Shown: positions 8,487 through 18,100 of the stretch, one piece after another
How positions within the stretch are numbered: position 1 is the first letter of the stretch
Layout: each line of letters opens with the position of its first letter
Origin: an uncultured bacterium
GTDB lineage: Bacteria > Electryoneota > Electryoneia > Electryoneales > Electryoneaceae
DNA: 53,394 nucleotides
Assembly: GCA_964648415.1 (NCBI GenBank)
Contig: CAZYOC010000001.1
Location: 1-53,394, forward strand
Reading direction: 5' to 3'
Made by a program: the position numbers and the translations under genes
The notes under the pieces: generated by a model
What the model was told of the DNA's origin: nothing
Database searches by the model: none
Seen by the model: the letters and a program-made list of their open reading frames with translations, nothing else

Positions 8487-10043
8487 TTACTGATTCAGCA
8501 GTTTTTCCAGCCCGGTCTGTTCGGGTGGCGTGTCCGGGAGCGCCCAGGCGGGGGTGGTGTCCGCTGTGCCGTGCAAGAGCAGCGGCCCGATCACCGTCAT
8601 CCAGAACGTGATCACCACGACTCCCGCCAGGTTCAGCAGAATCCCGGTCTTCGCCATCTGCGCGACACGAATGCGTCCGGTGCCGAAGATGATGGCGTTG
8701 GGCGGGGTGGCCACCGGCATCATGAAGGCGCAGGAGGCCGACAGCGTGGCGGGGACCATGAGGAACAACGGGTTACCTCCGATCGCCACCGCCGTCGCCG
8801 CGAGGATCGGCAGCGCCATCTGGGTGGTGGCGGTGTTGGAGGTCAGCTCGGTCAGAAAGGTCATCAGCGTACAGATGGAGCCGGTCATGGCGACGGGTGA
8901 CAGCGCCGCGAGGCCGTTGAGCTGCTCCCCGATCCACAACGACAGCCCGCTGGCCTGGATGGCCGCCGCCAGGGCGAAACCGCCGCCGAACAGCAGCACG
9001 ATACCCCAGGGCAGTTTGCGCGCCGTCTCCCAGTCCATCACCCTTGCTTTGGGGTTCTTTCTGCTGCGGGCGGGGACCAGGAACAGCAGCAGCCCCATGG
9101 TGATCGCCACGGTCCCATCCCCCACAAATCCCGGCTGCGGCAGCAGTTCCGACCAGCCGGGCAGGGTGAGTGCGCCAAGGGTTAAAGGCTTGCGTGTGAT
9201 CCAAAGAACCGCCAGCAAGATAAATACCGCCAGCACGACTTTCTCCTCGAAGCCGGGTTTGCCGAGTTTCTTCAGTTCGTTCTGGAACACAGCCCGGGTG
9301 GCGCCGGCGGACTGTACGCCTCGCATGTACAGAAAGGTCAGCAGGCCCCAGGTGAGCAGCAGCATGATCACGGTCATCGGGGCGGCGAAGACCATCCACT
9401 CGGCGAAGGTGACCGGCGGCGCTTCCGGGAAGGTCTGGTGAAAGATCTGGGCGAAGGCGAGGTTGGGCGGGGTGCCCACCAGAGTGCCGACGCCGCCGAT
9501 AGACGCAGAGTAGGCGATGCCCAGCAGCAGGCCCACCGAGAGCCGTCCCGCCGCTTCCGGATTCACCATCTGCTCGTAGCGGTGCAGCACGGCCATAGCG
9601 ATGGGGATCATCATCATGGCTGTGGCGGTGTTTGAGATCCACATGGACAGCACTGCGGTGGCGACCATGAAGCCGAAGAGGGTTCGTTTCGCGCCGCCGC
9701 CGATGGCCAGCACCACCAGCAGCGCGATACGCTTGTGCAGGTTCCACTTCTCCATAGCCAGCGCCACCATGAACCCGCCGAGGAAGAGGAACACGACATC
9801 GTTGGTGTACCTGGCCGCCACGGCCTTGGCTTCCAGTACGCCCAGCAGGGGGAAGAACACGAGCGGCAGCAGGGAGGTGACGGGCAGCGGGACGGCTTCG
9901 GTGAGCCACCAGACGCCCATCCATACCGCGACACCGGCGGTGAGTGCGGCCGGGGCACAGACCGCTTTGCCCGGCATCAACAGGTACGTCAGGACGCCCA
10001 GCACCGGTCCCAGCAGCAGGAATACCATGTCCCGTGTCCGCAT
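8487..10043 (-). CDS. DASS/SLC13-family sodium-coupled anion (dicarboxylate/sulfate) symporter
   Basis: Polytopic membrane protein with the two hallmark SNT hairpin motifs (WISNTATAMMMIP and ELTSNTATTQMALP). The start is ambiguous among ATG 10043, ATG 10028 and TTG 10076. Confidence 0.85.
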   Translation of the reverse strand: MRTRDMVFLLLGPVLGVLTYLLMPGKAVCAPAALTAGVAVWMGVWWLTEAVPLPVTSLLPLVFFPLLGVLEAKAVAARYTNDVVFLFLGGFMVALAMEKWNLHKRIALLVVLAIGGGAKRTLFGFMVATAVLSMWISNTATAMMMIPIAMAVLHRYEQMVNPEAAGRLSVGLLLGIAYSASIGGVGTLVGTPPNLAFAQIFHQTFPEAPPVTFAEWMVFAAPMTVIMLLLTWGLLTFLYMRGVQSAGATRAVFQNELKKLGKPGFEEKVVLAVFILLAVLWITRKPLTLGALTLPGWSELLPQPGFVGDGTVAITMGLLLFLVPARSRKNPKARVMDWETARKLPWGIVLLFGGGFALAAAIQASGLSLWIGEQLNGLAALSPVAMTGSICTLMTFLTELTSNTATTQMALPILAATAVAIGGNPLFLMVPATLSASCAFMMPVATPPNAIIFGTGRIRVAQMAKTGILLNLAGVVVITFWMTVIGPLLLHGTADTTPAWALPDTPPEQTGLEKLLNQ

Positions 10044-10607
10044 GACTTGCCCTTGTGTCTCACTCTGGAAACGCAATCAGCCCGGATATTTCATGAGCAA
10101 TGGTTGCTTACCACGATTAACCATGATATGAGCGCAGTTTGGACGCATGGTCCGATATGCCCGACGCGATGCCTTTCACGTCAACCGATGGAAACAATGC
10201 ACGCGAATGCAAGCCCTGCAAACCATCCCGCGATGAGCGTGTCGGGAGTGTCACTTTTGATCCAGTTGACTCGTTGGTCTTCTTTTTGATTCACACGGTA
10301 TTAAACACAAAACTTCTCGCGGCAAAAAGGTAACAGTCACTTTTTCCGTAAGCGTCTATCCCGGCCTGCTTTAATTCTTTACCCGCAGATTCGTCCGGCG
10401 TTATCTATCGCTGCTTGTGATTTCAGGCCGACTTCAAGCGCACAGCAAACCGGGCCATGCTTCCTGTTTCGCGAACTATCCGTGATAGAATAAACCCGGG
10501 TAGCGATCCTCTGTCCTCATGCGATGCCAAGGTATAGTTCATTGCTACTCTTAAGCTGAATTGTGGCATTCCCACAACAAGCTGCCCGGGGCAAATCCTG
10601 AGTTTCT

Positions 10608-11426
10608 CTACAGGCGGATCCTCAAACCCGCAGTATAGTACTGTTTCGTTTCCGGCCACATGCTGCCGGCCCGGATGGGTTCCATGTCCAGCCGGATGTA
10701 GCTGAGGTAGCCGTGCAGGTTCGGCGTGAACCTCACACCGGCCCCGGCGACATACTGGGCGTTCAGAATATCCTGGCTGTCGTGGACCGCCGCATCGAAC
10801 GGCTCCACGTAGTACATGCTTTGACCGGTAGCGTATTCAAGGAACAGGGTGACTCGCCGGGATACCTTGCTCAACGTGGCGAAACGGTACAGGGTGTATT
10901 GCGTACCCTCCACATCCACCACGGTGACGCCCGTTTGAATACGGTGCGGGCCGAACCAGCGGTGCGCCGCGACATCGTATTGTTGAGACTCCTGATCCTG
11001 ATTGAACCCGCGAAAGCCTCTGGAACGACCTTGCGACACAGTCGCGTTGACATGCTTGTGCACCATCGCCAGCTTGTAGCCAATTGCGCCGAAGTCTCCT
11101 TCCAGGGTGCCGCCGACGTAGTATTCATCGGCCTTGAACTTATTGAAAGGCTTCCAGGCGAAGACGCCCGGCCGGACCCGGCTGTCCGCCCACCACACGC
11201 CCCGGACGATCAGGTTCTGCTGTTCGTAATCAGGGCCGTCACCCGTGATGAGAAAGTGCTCGTATCTGGCCAGCAGCAGATCCTTGTTCTTCCTGTCCAG
11301 GCTGACCACCGCGGTTTGTCCGTGGTAGACCAGGTTGTCCCGGAACGTGGCGAAGGTGTAATACCCGCCGGCGTTGAAGTTCCAGGGATACAGCGACAGG
11401 GCCGCCAGCAGCTCGATCAGCATCAC
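10608..11426 (-). CDS. hypothetical protein, possible outer-membrane beta-barrel
   Basis: 272 aa. Its start overlaps the stop of the upstream T9SS-cargo gene by 4 nt (ATGA). It shows an alternating aromatic/polar strand-like pattern and ends ...YYTAGLRIRL. The N-terminal signal peptide is weak, so the function is uncertain. Confidence 0.5.
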   Translation of the reverse strand: MMLIELLAALSLYPWNFNAGGYYTFATFRDNLVYHGQTAVVSLDRKNKDLLLARYEHFLITGDGPDYEQQNLIVRGVWWADSRVRPGVFAWKPFNKFKADEYYVGGTLEGDFGAIGYKLAMVHKHVNATVSQGRSRGFRGFNQDQESQQYDVAAHRWFGPHRIQTGVTVVDVEGTQYTLYRFATLSKVSRRVTLFLEYATGQSMYYVEPFDAAVHDSQDILNAQYVAGAGVRFTPNLHGYLSYIRLDMEPIRAGSMWPETKQYYTAGLRIRL

Positions 11427-12412
11427 TTGACCAGCACCATCGGTCTGCGCAACCGATGCTCGCCGTTGATGGTCACCTCGTAGAAATAGGTTCCCGACGC
11501 GAGCCGCCGGCCTTCGGAGTCGAGACCGTTCCAGTAAAACTGATGGGTTCCCGCGCCAATCGTTCCGCTGACCAGCACGGTGACCTCGCGCCCCAGCAGG
11601 TCGTACACGGTTACCGTCACCTCCGCCCGGCGTTGCAGCGAGATGGGAATCGTGGTGCCCGGGTTGAACGGGTTGGGGAAGTTGCTGTGCAGGGTGATGT
11701 CGCTGGGACGGAAAGCCTCGGTCTCGAGCACGCTCTGCGTGTCGTCGGAATAAGCGATCAGCTTGGCGGTGCTGTCGGAATAACTGTAGATGTTCAGCAG
11801 GATCTCCAGTACGCCGTCGCCGTCCATGTCATCCACATACGGCCCCCGCACGTAACCGCTGAAGACCGAGGACGAAAATTCAACCGCGCCCGTTGCGCCG
11901 TCGAGAACGAAGAACCGGGAATCGTAGTCCTCGTCTTCCGAGACATACAGGTTGGTTCCGAAAAGGACTTCGTCCTGGTTGTCGCCGTCGATGTCGCCGG
12001 TGGTGATATTGCTGACATAGCCGCTATAGGTCAGCGAGCTCCAGCGGGGGTTGTCAGCCAGCAGGTCGTAGGCGTAGATGCGAGTGGAGGCCTGGTCGAC
12101 ATAATCATAGGCGTTGAAGATCGCGACACGCTCGCCGTCCACCAGGTTATCGTAGATGTCCCGGATTTCCAGTTCATCATAGTCGCTTGCCTGGATGGAC
12201 CACAGGACAGAGTAGTCGTCGGCCCCGTCGTATACCGTGACCCAGTTGCCCCACATCTTGGTGAGGTCCACGCTGCCGTCATCGTTGTAGTCGTAGCCCA
12301 GGATCCCGTACTCGTAGAAATCCTGGTTGACCTGCCACTCCTGGGTCAGTTCGGCGTGGGCGAATGCCACCAACAGGGTACACAGTATCGCTGCCATCCG
12401 CAGGGTTCGCAT
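11423..12412 (-). CDS. secreted FG-GAP/VCBS-like repeat protein with T9SS C-terminal sorting domain
   Basis: AGGAG Shine-Dalgarno upstream of ATG 12412. Signal peptide MRTLRMAAILCTLLVAFAHA. DxDxDG-type repeats (YNDDGSVDL, GDIDGDNQDEVL, DDMDGDGVLEIL). CTD NFPNPFNPGTTIPISL...GTYFYEVTINGEHRLRRPMVLVK. Confidence 0.8.
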   Translation of the reverse strand: MRTLRMAAILCTLLVAFAHAELTQEWQVNQDFYEYGILGYDYNDDGSVDLTKMWGNWVTVYDGADDYSVLWSIQASDYDELEIRDIYDNLVDGERVAIFNAYDYVDQASTRIYAYDLLADNPRWSSLTYSGYVSNITTGDIDGDNQDEVLFGTNLYVSEDEDYDSRFFVLDGATGAVEFSSSVFSGYVRGPYVDDMDGDGVLEILLNIYSYSDSTAKLIAYSDDTQSVLETEAFRPSDITLHSNFPNPFNPGTTIPISLQRRAEVTVTVYDLLGREVTVLVSGTIGAGTHQFYWNGLDSEGRRLASGTYFYEVTINGEHRLRRPMVLVK

Positions 12413-12552
12413 GGCGATCTCTCCTGGTCGATTTGGGATCCTGCAATAAGACGCTACACGAGGTCGAGAGTTTAACGGTCTCTGCGTCCCGCCTCTTCTG
12501 TAGTTAGGCGAAAATCAGTGTATGGACAAGGGTTTCAGCGGAGACCGGGAGC

Positions 12553-12565
12553 GTTTTTCGTGTTT
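12553..12565 (-). promoter_or_regulatory. AAACACGAAAAAC motif copy (141 nt upstream of the minus-strand ATG 12412)
   Basis: The plus strand reads GTTTTTCGTGTTT, the exact reverse complement of 12801-12813. Confidence 0.4.
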
Positions 12566-12584
12566 TCAAGCGCCGGGATTCCTC

Positions 12585-12612
12585 TTGACGAGAGCAGGTC
12601 TATTTATTTAAT
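12585..12612 (+). promoter_or_regulatory. sigma70-like promoter candidate TTGACG-N16-TTTAAT
   Basis: The -35 hexamer is at 12585-12590 and the -10 at 12607-12612, in an AT-rich spacer about 80 nt upstream of the terminator-like hairpin. Confidence 0.3.
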
Positions 12613-12693
12613 AGTCAAAAGTTTAAGTGTTGATTGGAGACGTTTTTTCAAATTGTCTCTCCCTGGAGGTCGCCACCAATCCCGTGAAACCCC

Positions 12694-12720
12694 AAAGCGC
12701 CTCGTTGGCGCTTTTCGCGT
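12694..12720 (+). terminator. terminator-like hairpin inside the 12413-12947 spacer
   Basis: AAAGCGCC-TCGTT-GGCGCTTT followed by TCGCGTTT. No annotated + strand gene lies upstream of it. Confidence 0.35.
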
Positions 12721-12800
12721 TTGCGGATGGAACTCCATGGATATGTTGTGAATCTCAGCACTAAGTGTTTAAAAAACAACCTTGGTGTTCGCCGAACCCC

Positions 12801-12813
12801 AAACACGAAAAAC
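12801..12813 (+). promoter_or_regulatory. AAACACGAAAAAC motif copy (135 nt upstream of ATG 12948)
   Basis: The exact 13-mer is also present as a reverse complement at 12553-12565. One-mismatch copies are at 14289-14301 and 14298-14310. Confidence 0.4.
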
Positions 12814-12867
12814 AATGAAAAGGATCATTAAGCTAAACCATTGAAATACAAATATTTACGAAGGTTT

Positions 12868-12906
12868 CACTTGCTATTTGATGAAGGGCCGGGGTATCTT
12901 GATAGC
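12868..12906 (+). promoter_or_regulatory. promoter-like element CACTTGCTA-N18-TATCTTGATAGC upstream of the lipoprotein gene
   Basis: It shares architecture with 14365-14401 upstream of the giant-gene operon. Confidence 0.3.
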
Positions 12907-12947
12907 GAGAGGAAGAAATCCCGGTTACCGGGAGAAAGGAGATCATC

Positions 12948-13892
12948 ATGAAAGCGACGAGAATCGTGCTACTGCTGATGGGGGTGATCGCTTTGATGAC
13001 GATTGGCTGTGATCAGGGCGGCACACTCCTTGGCCCGGATGCTCCGGAAGAGACCGCACAGCAGGCGGATAACGGCAAGGGTGACGTTGATCGGAACACG
13101 AACAAAGTCATGCCGATCGATGATGAAACGTACACTCTGGCTGGTGTAGTGTATGTTGATATCAATGAGAACGGGATTCGTGAACAATCGGAAACCCGTC
13201 TCGAAGGAATCAGTATCGTTCTGAACGACTACCATGAGGCGCAGACAGATGAGGATGGATACTTCGTATTCACAGACTTGCAGGCAAGTGATTACTGGCT
13301 GGCCGTGGATTTGCCGGTAGGATTGACGACGGTTGATGACTATCCGGCCAACGTCGCCGTGGATAATCAGGATGTTTATCTGGAGATCGGTATTACCCTG
13401 TGCGATAGTATTGAGGATTATCCTGTGGAAGGCGAAGGTGGCGGTCTTGGTTTCTGGCGCCACAATATTGAGGGCGCGCTGGAAGGACGCCAGAACGGTA
13501 TCCAGATCGAAGCGCAGCTGTTGGAGCATTTTACCAGTTCCGTCGCGTCATTGGGGATGACCCCGTTTCATGGTCTCAACCTGGCTGTCGCGTATTTCAT
13601 CCTCGATCAGAATGGCCAGGTTCCGGTGAACAACCTCGCCCGCCATCTGCTTGCCGCCGAGTACAACTTCTTCCGGGGTCGTATGATCAATCAGGATCCT
13701 TTGGTGACGTACCTGTTTCTGATGGAAGGTGAGTACATGCTGATGCATTCGGATGAATTCAGTACGAGCGAGCTGCTTGCTATGAAAGATCGCTACGAAG
13801 CCTTTAATGAAGGCGGCGAGGGCAATGGCGGTGGCAACGGGAATGGGAATGGGAATGGTCAATTGGGTGGCCGTGGCAACGGTCGCGGTTGA
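12948..13892 (+). CDS. lipoprotein with SdrD-B/Cna-B-like beta-sandwich domain and Gly/Asn-rich tail
   Basis: AGGAG 8 nt upstream of the ATG. Lipobox LMTIGC. YTLAGVVYVDINENGIREQSETRLEGISIVLND...TDEDGYFVFTDL resembles SD-repeat B-type domains. The C-terminal tail is GGEGNGGGNGNGNGNGQLGGRGNGRG. Confidence 0.75.
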   Translation: MKATRIVLLLMGVIALMTIGCDQGGTLLGPDAPEETAQQADNGKGDVDRNTNKVMPIDDETYTLAGVVYVDINENGIREQSETRLEGISIVLNDYHEAQTDEDGYFVFTDLQASDYWLAVDLPVGLTTVDDYPANVAVDNQDVYLEIGITLCDSIEDYPVEGEGGGLGFWRHNIEGALEGRQNGIQIEAQLLEHFTSSVASLGMTPFHGLNLAVAYFILDQNGQVPVNNLARHLLAAEYNFFRGRMINQDPLVTYLFLMEGEYMLMHSDEFSTSELLAMKDRYEAFNEGGEGNGGGNGNGNGNGQLGGRGNGRG

Positions 13893-13962
13893 TAGGATAA
13901 ACTGGATCAGCGGAGTCGCTTTTTACCACGCGGCAGCGTGATGATGATAACCCCTCCCTCAA

Positions 13963-14000
13963 GCAAAGGACCAGCAAGGTTGCTGGTCCTTTGCTATTCC
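13963..14000 (+). terminator. candidate terminator after the lipoprotein gene
   Basis: Perfect 14-bp stem GCAAAGGACCAGCA / TGCTGGTCCTTTGC with an AGGT loop, 70 nt after the stop at 13892. The T tract (TATT) is weak. Confidence 0.5.
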
Positions 14001-14288
14001 CGGGAGTTGAACTGTGGCAGCTTCGGCCTCCGAGAGCCAAGAAGAGAGCTATTTCAAAGAAAGTGAATCCGTAAAACGTCCCTGTTGTTTTTAGCCTTTT
14101 TGCCGTCTGTGATGATTTACCTATTTCGAGGTTTCAGGCAGATTGGGAATGTATGCGCTCGCTTACAAACAATGTTTCACAACACGTTATGATTGCCTTT
14201 GGAGGTAGAAAAGATTTCCATTTCGATTTTTTTAGGGTTTTTGGGAATGAGTTTTTGTGCGGCATTTGGGATTTTTCTTGATTGACCC

Positions 14289-14310
14289 AAACACAAAAAA
14301 CACGAAAAGC
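14289..14310 (+). promoter_or_regulatory. two overlapping one-mismatch copies of the AAACACGAAAAAC motif upstream of the giant-gene operon
   Basis: AAACACAAAAAAC at 14289-14301 and AAACACGAAAAGC at 14298-14310, 174 nt before ATG 14484. Confidence 0.35.
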
Positions 14311-14364
14311 GGCGAATATGTCAATGTATCCAGTTGTAATCTTTATAGTTAATGTGAGCTTCAG

Positions 14365-14401
14365 CACTTGACTTTCAGTACCGGGTGACTACCTTGCTAT
14401 C
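14365..14401 (+). promoter_or_regulatory. promoter-like element CACTTGACT-N16-TACCTTGCTATC upstream of the 14484/15106 operon
   Basis: Paralogous in layout to 12868-12906. It lies 83 nt before ATG 14484. Confidence 0.3.
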
Positions 14402-14483
14402 AGGAAAAACCTTTTCAACTTCTCTTTGCGAGCGCTAGAGTTTCTTTCGATACAGCGTCCCTTGGGGATGCAGGAGGTGAAAG

Positions 14484-15053
14484 ATGGAACGTAAAGCGAA
14501 CTTTTTGCGACTGTTGCCGGGGCTGCTGATGTTTCTTGGGGGCACGCTGGACGTGGCCGCACGGCCCCCATTGGCGCACGAGGCGCAGGATCCTCGCGCG
14601 CAGGCGCATTCCGACCTGACCGTACTCTCGCATGAAGCCGGCATGACCATGGTGATCGGGGAGGGGCGAGGCCCGACGCCCGACCTGGCTCGCGGCGACG
14701 CCACCATTGTCGCGGAGGACCGTTTGATCGCGGCGCTCCACCAGCGGTTCCGTGAACTGGTTGAGCAAACCTCAAACGTTCTCGCCGGAGACAGCGGCGC
14801 ACTGAACGCGCTGGGTGGGTACGAGGACGCCTTCCAGGTGGAATCGATCCCTTACGAAGTCGTCAACACCAAGGTCTTCGAGGAACGCGGGCAGGTGGTA
14901 TGCTTGAGGCTGCTGGCTCTTTCCGACAGCAACATGGACCGCATCATTCTCGGGCACCTGCAGGGAGAAGACGCCTGGTACGCCCTGGTGAGATATTCCG
15001 AGCCCATCCGTGATCTGGAAGGGCGGGTTGATACGCAGGACAGCAACCATTGA
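14484..15053 (+). CDS. hypothetical exported protein immediately upstream of the giant gene
   Basis: GGAGG Shine-Dalgarno before ATG 14484. Signal-like N-terminus MERKANFLRLLPGLLMFLGGTLDVAA. GC3-rich codon pattern. It ends 52 nt before the giant ORF. Overlapping minus-strand ORFs lack ribosome-binding sites. Confidence 0.5.
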   Translation: MERKANFLRLLPGLLMFLGGTLDVAARPPLAHEAQDPRAQAHSDLTVLSHEAGMTMVIGEGRGPTPDLARGDATIVAEDRLIAALHQRFRELVEQTSNVLAGDSGALNALGGYEDAFQVESIPYEVVNTKVFEERGQVVCLRLLALSDSNMDRIILGHLQGEDAWYALVRYSEPIRDLEGRVDTQDSNH

Positions 15054-15105
15054 CAATCAATCCATGAGGGAGCATTCCAGCCGGATTTGACTGGAGGACA
15101 GGATC

Positions 15106-18100
15106 ATGAGAACATTGAGATTGATTTGTGTGTTGCTGTTGCTGACGGGCACAGCCTGGTCGTTTTCAGATGACTTTGAAACCGACCTGTCGCAATGGAC
15201 CGGGGACTGGGTCCGCACCAACGAGGCGGCCTACTCCGGGACGTGGTGTATTACGGAAAGCCCGGGCGGCGATTACGGTAACCTGGAATACAAGACCATC
15301 GAAATGGTTTCGGGCGAGGATCTCGACCAGGCGATCCTGGGCAGTGAGCTCACCTTCTGGGCGCGGTACGAGACGGAAGAACACTTTGATTTCTGGTATG
15401 TGGATATCTCGTTGGACGGCGGCCTTACCTGGAACCAGGAAGCTGCGTTTCATGGGACCGCCCTGACGTGGACACAATACACCGTTGACCTGGAAGGCTA
15501 CATTGGCAACAATGACGTCCGGGCGCGGTTCCGGTTCGACAGCGACCAGGCTGTGGTGGAGAACGGGGTCTGGATCGATAACGTCGAGATCACCATTACG
15601 GTTGATGATGTCAGCCCGCCCCTGGTGTTGCATGATGCCGTCCCGGTCGATTCCGCCATCGACGGTCAATATGACCCCGTCTTCACCGTCCGTGACCGAA
15701 GCGGCGTAGACTACGTCAACCTCTATTACAGGGTCAACGACAGCGACACCCTCCAGGCTCAGTTCGACTACCTCAACAACGACGATTACCATTTCGATAT
15801 TCCGCCCTACACACCGGGGTATCGTGTTACCTACTGGATAGAAGCCGGCGATAGCTGGACACCACAGAACGAGGACAGTTATGGTCCCTGGGAGTACTAT
15901 TGCGGGACCATGATCAGTTACGACAATGGCGTCAACGACGACGACATCATTGTCAACCAGGGGGCCGGCGGGCGGTTCGCCGTGGAATTCACCGACCCGG
16001 GCGACCCGGATCTCTACCTGGCGGCGGTGCTGTACGGGTTCTACCGCGATCCCGGCCGCACCATCGACAGTGTGGACTGTATTGTTTGGGACGACAACGC
16101 GGGCTGGCCGGGTAACCAGGTCATCGGAGAAATCCCCGTCTATCCGGAAAACACGCTGGCGACGCCGTACGCGGTGACACGGGTTGACATGGTTCCCTAC
16201 GACTATGAAATCAACGGGGACTTCCATGCCGGGTTCGAATACCGCTCCAATCGGCCCTACATCCTGGGCGACAACCCGGCGACACAGAACCGGTCCGAGC
16301 AGTACGACGGGGGCTGGTCCAACCTCAACCGCGATTTGCATATCCGGGCGCTGACCGGCGATATCTACGCCTATCTGCCCAACAACCCGACCGCGTTCCA
16401 ACTCGAGGAACCGGCCGACGAGGACACATCCGATACTGAAAACGTGACAGTCCGGTGGACTCAATCCACTGACAGCGACCCCAACGACTACATCCGGTAC
16501 GACCTGGAATGGTCGGTCAACTCCGACTTCTCGGCATCAAGTACTGTCACTATCACCGATACGTTCTACACCATCACCGGCCTGTCGGACAACACGACCT
16601 ATTACTGGCGGGTGAAATCCCGGGACGCGTTCCACAACGAAGAGTGGGCGGACCCGGGCGATACCGGCTACCAGTTTCATGTGTACACGCCGGAAAACCC
16701 CAACGTGTTCAACCTGACCAGCCCGGCCAATGCGTCGGTCTCCACCACCAGCGATGTGGTGTTGACCTGGGAGGCGGCTACGGACCCCGACCCGGACGAC
16801 GTGCTTACCTACGATGTCTATGTCAGCACCGATGCCGGAAATCTGGGGACGCCGGTGGCGACGGGCCTTTCCGCCACGACCTATACGTTCAGCGGCAACG
16901 ACGACACTCAGTACTGGTGGACGGTGCGGGCGGTGGACAACCACGGCCTCGAGACCCAGGCGATCCAGACCTGGCGCTTCAGCCTGGACATTGAAGATGC
17001 GCCCAATCCGTTTGATCTGGCCTCGCCGGCGGATGGTACCGTCTCGACGTCCACAGCGGTCACCCTTACCTGGAACGCCGCTACCGACCCGGACGGCGAC
17101 GCGCTGGTATATGACGTGTATGTCAGCACCGACGCCGGCAACCTGGGAACGCCCGTGGTCACCGGGATGACTCTGCTCAGCTACACTTTCAACGGGGTGG
17201 ATGACGAGACCTATTACTGGAGTGTGCGTGCGCGCGATCCGAGCAACAACTCCACCATGGCGAACCAGACCTGGAGTTTCTCCATTGAGGTGGAGGATCC
17301 GCCAGGGACGTTTGACCTGGCGTCACCCGCTAACGGGGCAGTTGAAACCGCCGCTACCGTAAACCTGACCTGGGACGCCTCGGTCGATCCCGACGGGGAT
17401 GCGGTGACGTATGACGTGTATGTCAGCACCAACGCCGGCAACCTGGGAACGCCCGACGCGACCGATCTGACGGTCACCAACTTTGCCTTCCCGGGCATTG
17501 ACGACCAGACCTATTACTGGACTGTGGTCGCCAAGGACCCCAACGGCAACGAGACCGACGCCAACCAGACCTGGTCTTTTTCCATCAACATCGGGCAGGC
17601 GCCTGACGCGTTCAGCCTGAGTTCACCAGCCGACGGGTATACGTCGGCATCGGCAACCGTGTCCCTCGCCTGGGACGCCACCACCGACCCCGATCCGGGG
17701 GATGATGTTACCTATTCGGTCTATGTCAGCACCAACGCCGGCAATCTCGGCGCGCCGGTGGCGACGGGCCTGACTGCGACGACCTACGACTTTACCGGCG
17801 TCAACAACAATACTTATTACTGGACCGTGAGGGCGGTGGATACCGACGGCCACAGTACGCAGGCGGACCAGACCTGGTCGTTTGATATCAGTGTCAACGC
17901 CGCGCCCCTGGCGTTCAACCTGACCAGTCCGGCCGACGGCAATACTGAAACCGCCACGGCAGTCGACCTTGATTGGGAGACGACTACCGATCCCGATGGC
18001 GACCCGTTGACGTACGATGTGTATGTCAGCCTGGACGCTTTTGACCTGGGAACGCCGGTGGCGACGGATCTCGGCGCCTCCAGCTACACCTACAACGGGA

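Noticed and set aside
8530-10289. Multiple + strand ORFs (303, 176 and 184 aa etc.) opposite the DASS transporter.
   Set aside because: They are antisense artefacts. The minus frame encodes a coherent polytopic transporter with both SNT motifs.
10077-10607. The 530-nt non-coding region upstream of the DASS transporter as a riboswitch.
   Set aside because: I read the minus strand and recognised no known riboswitch core motif. Only weak hairpins and one weak copy of the A-rich motif are present.
12518-12751. 77-aa ORF in the AT-rich spacer, and the similar 77-aa minus-strand ORF at 14134-14367.
   Set aside because: They have no ribosome-binding site and atypical composition for this genome. 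They overlap hairpin, motif and promoter-like elements and are better explained as non-coding regulatory DNA.
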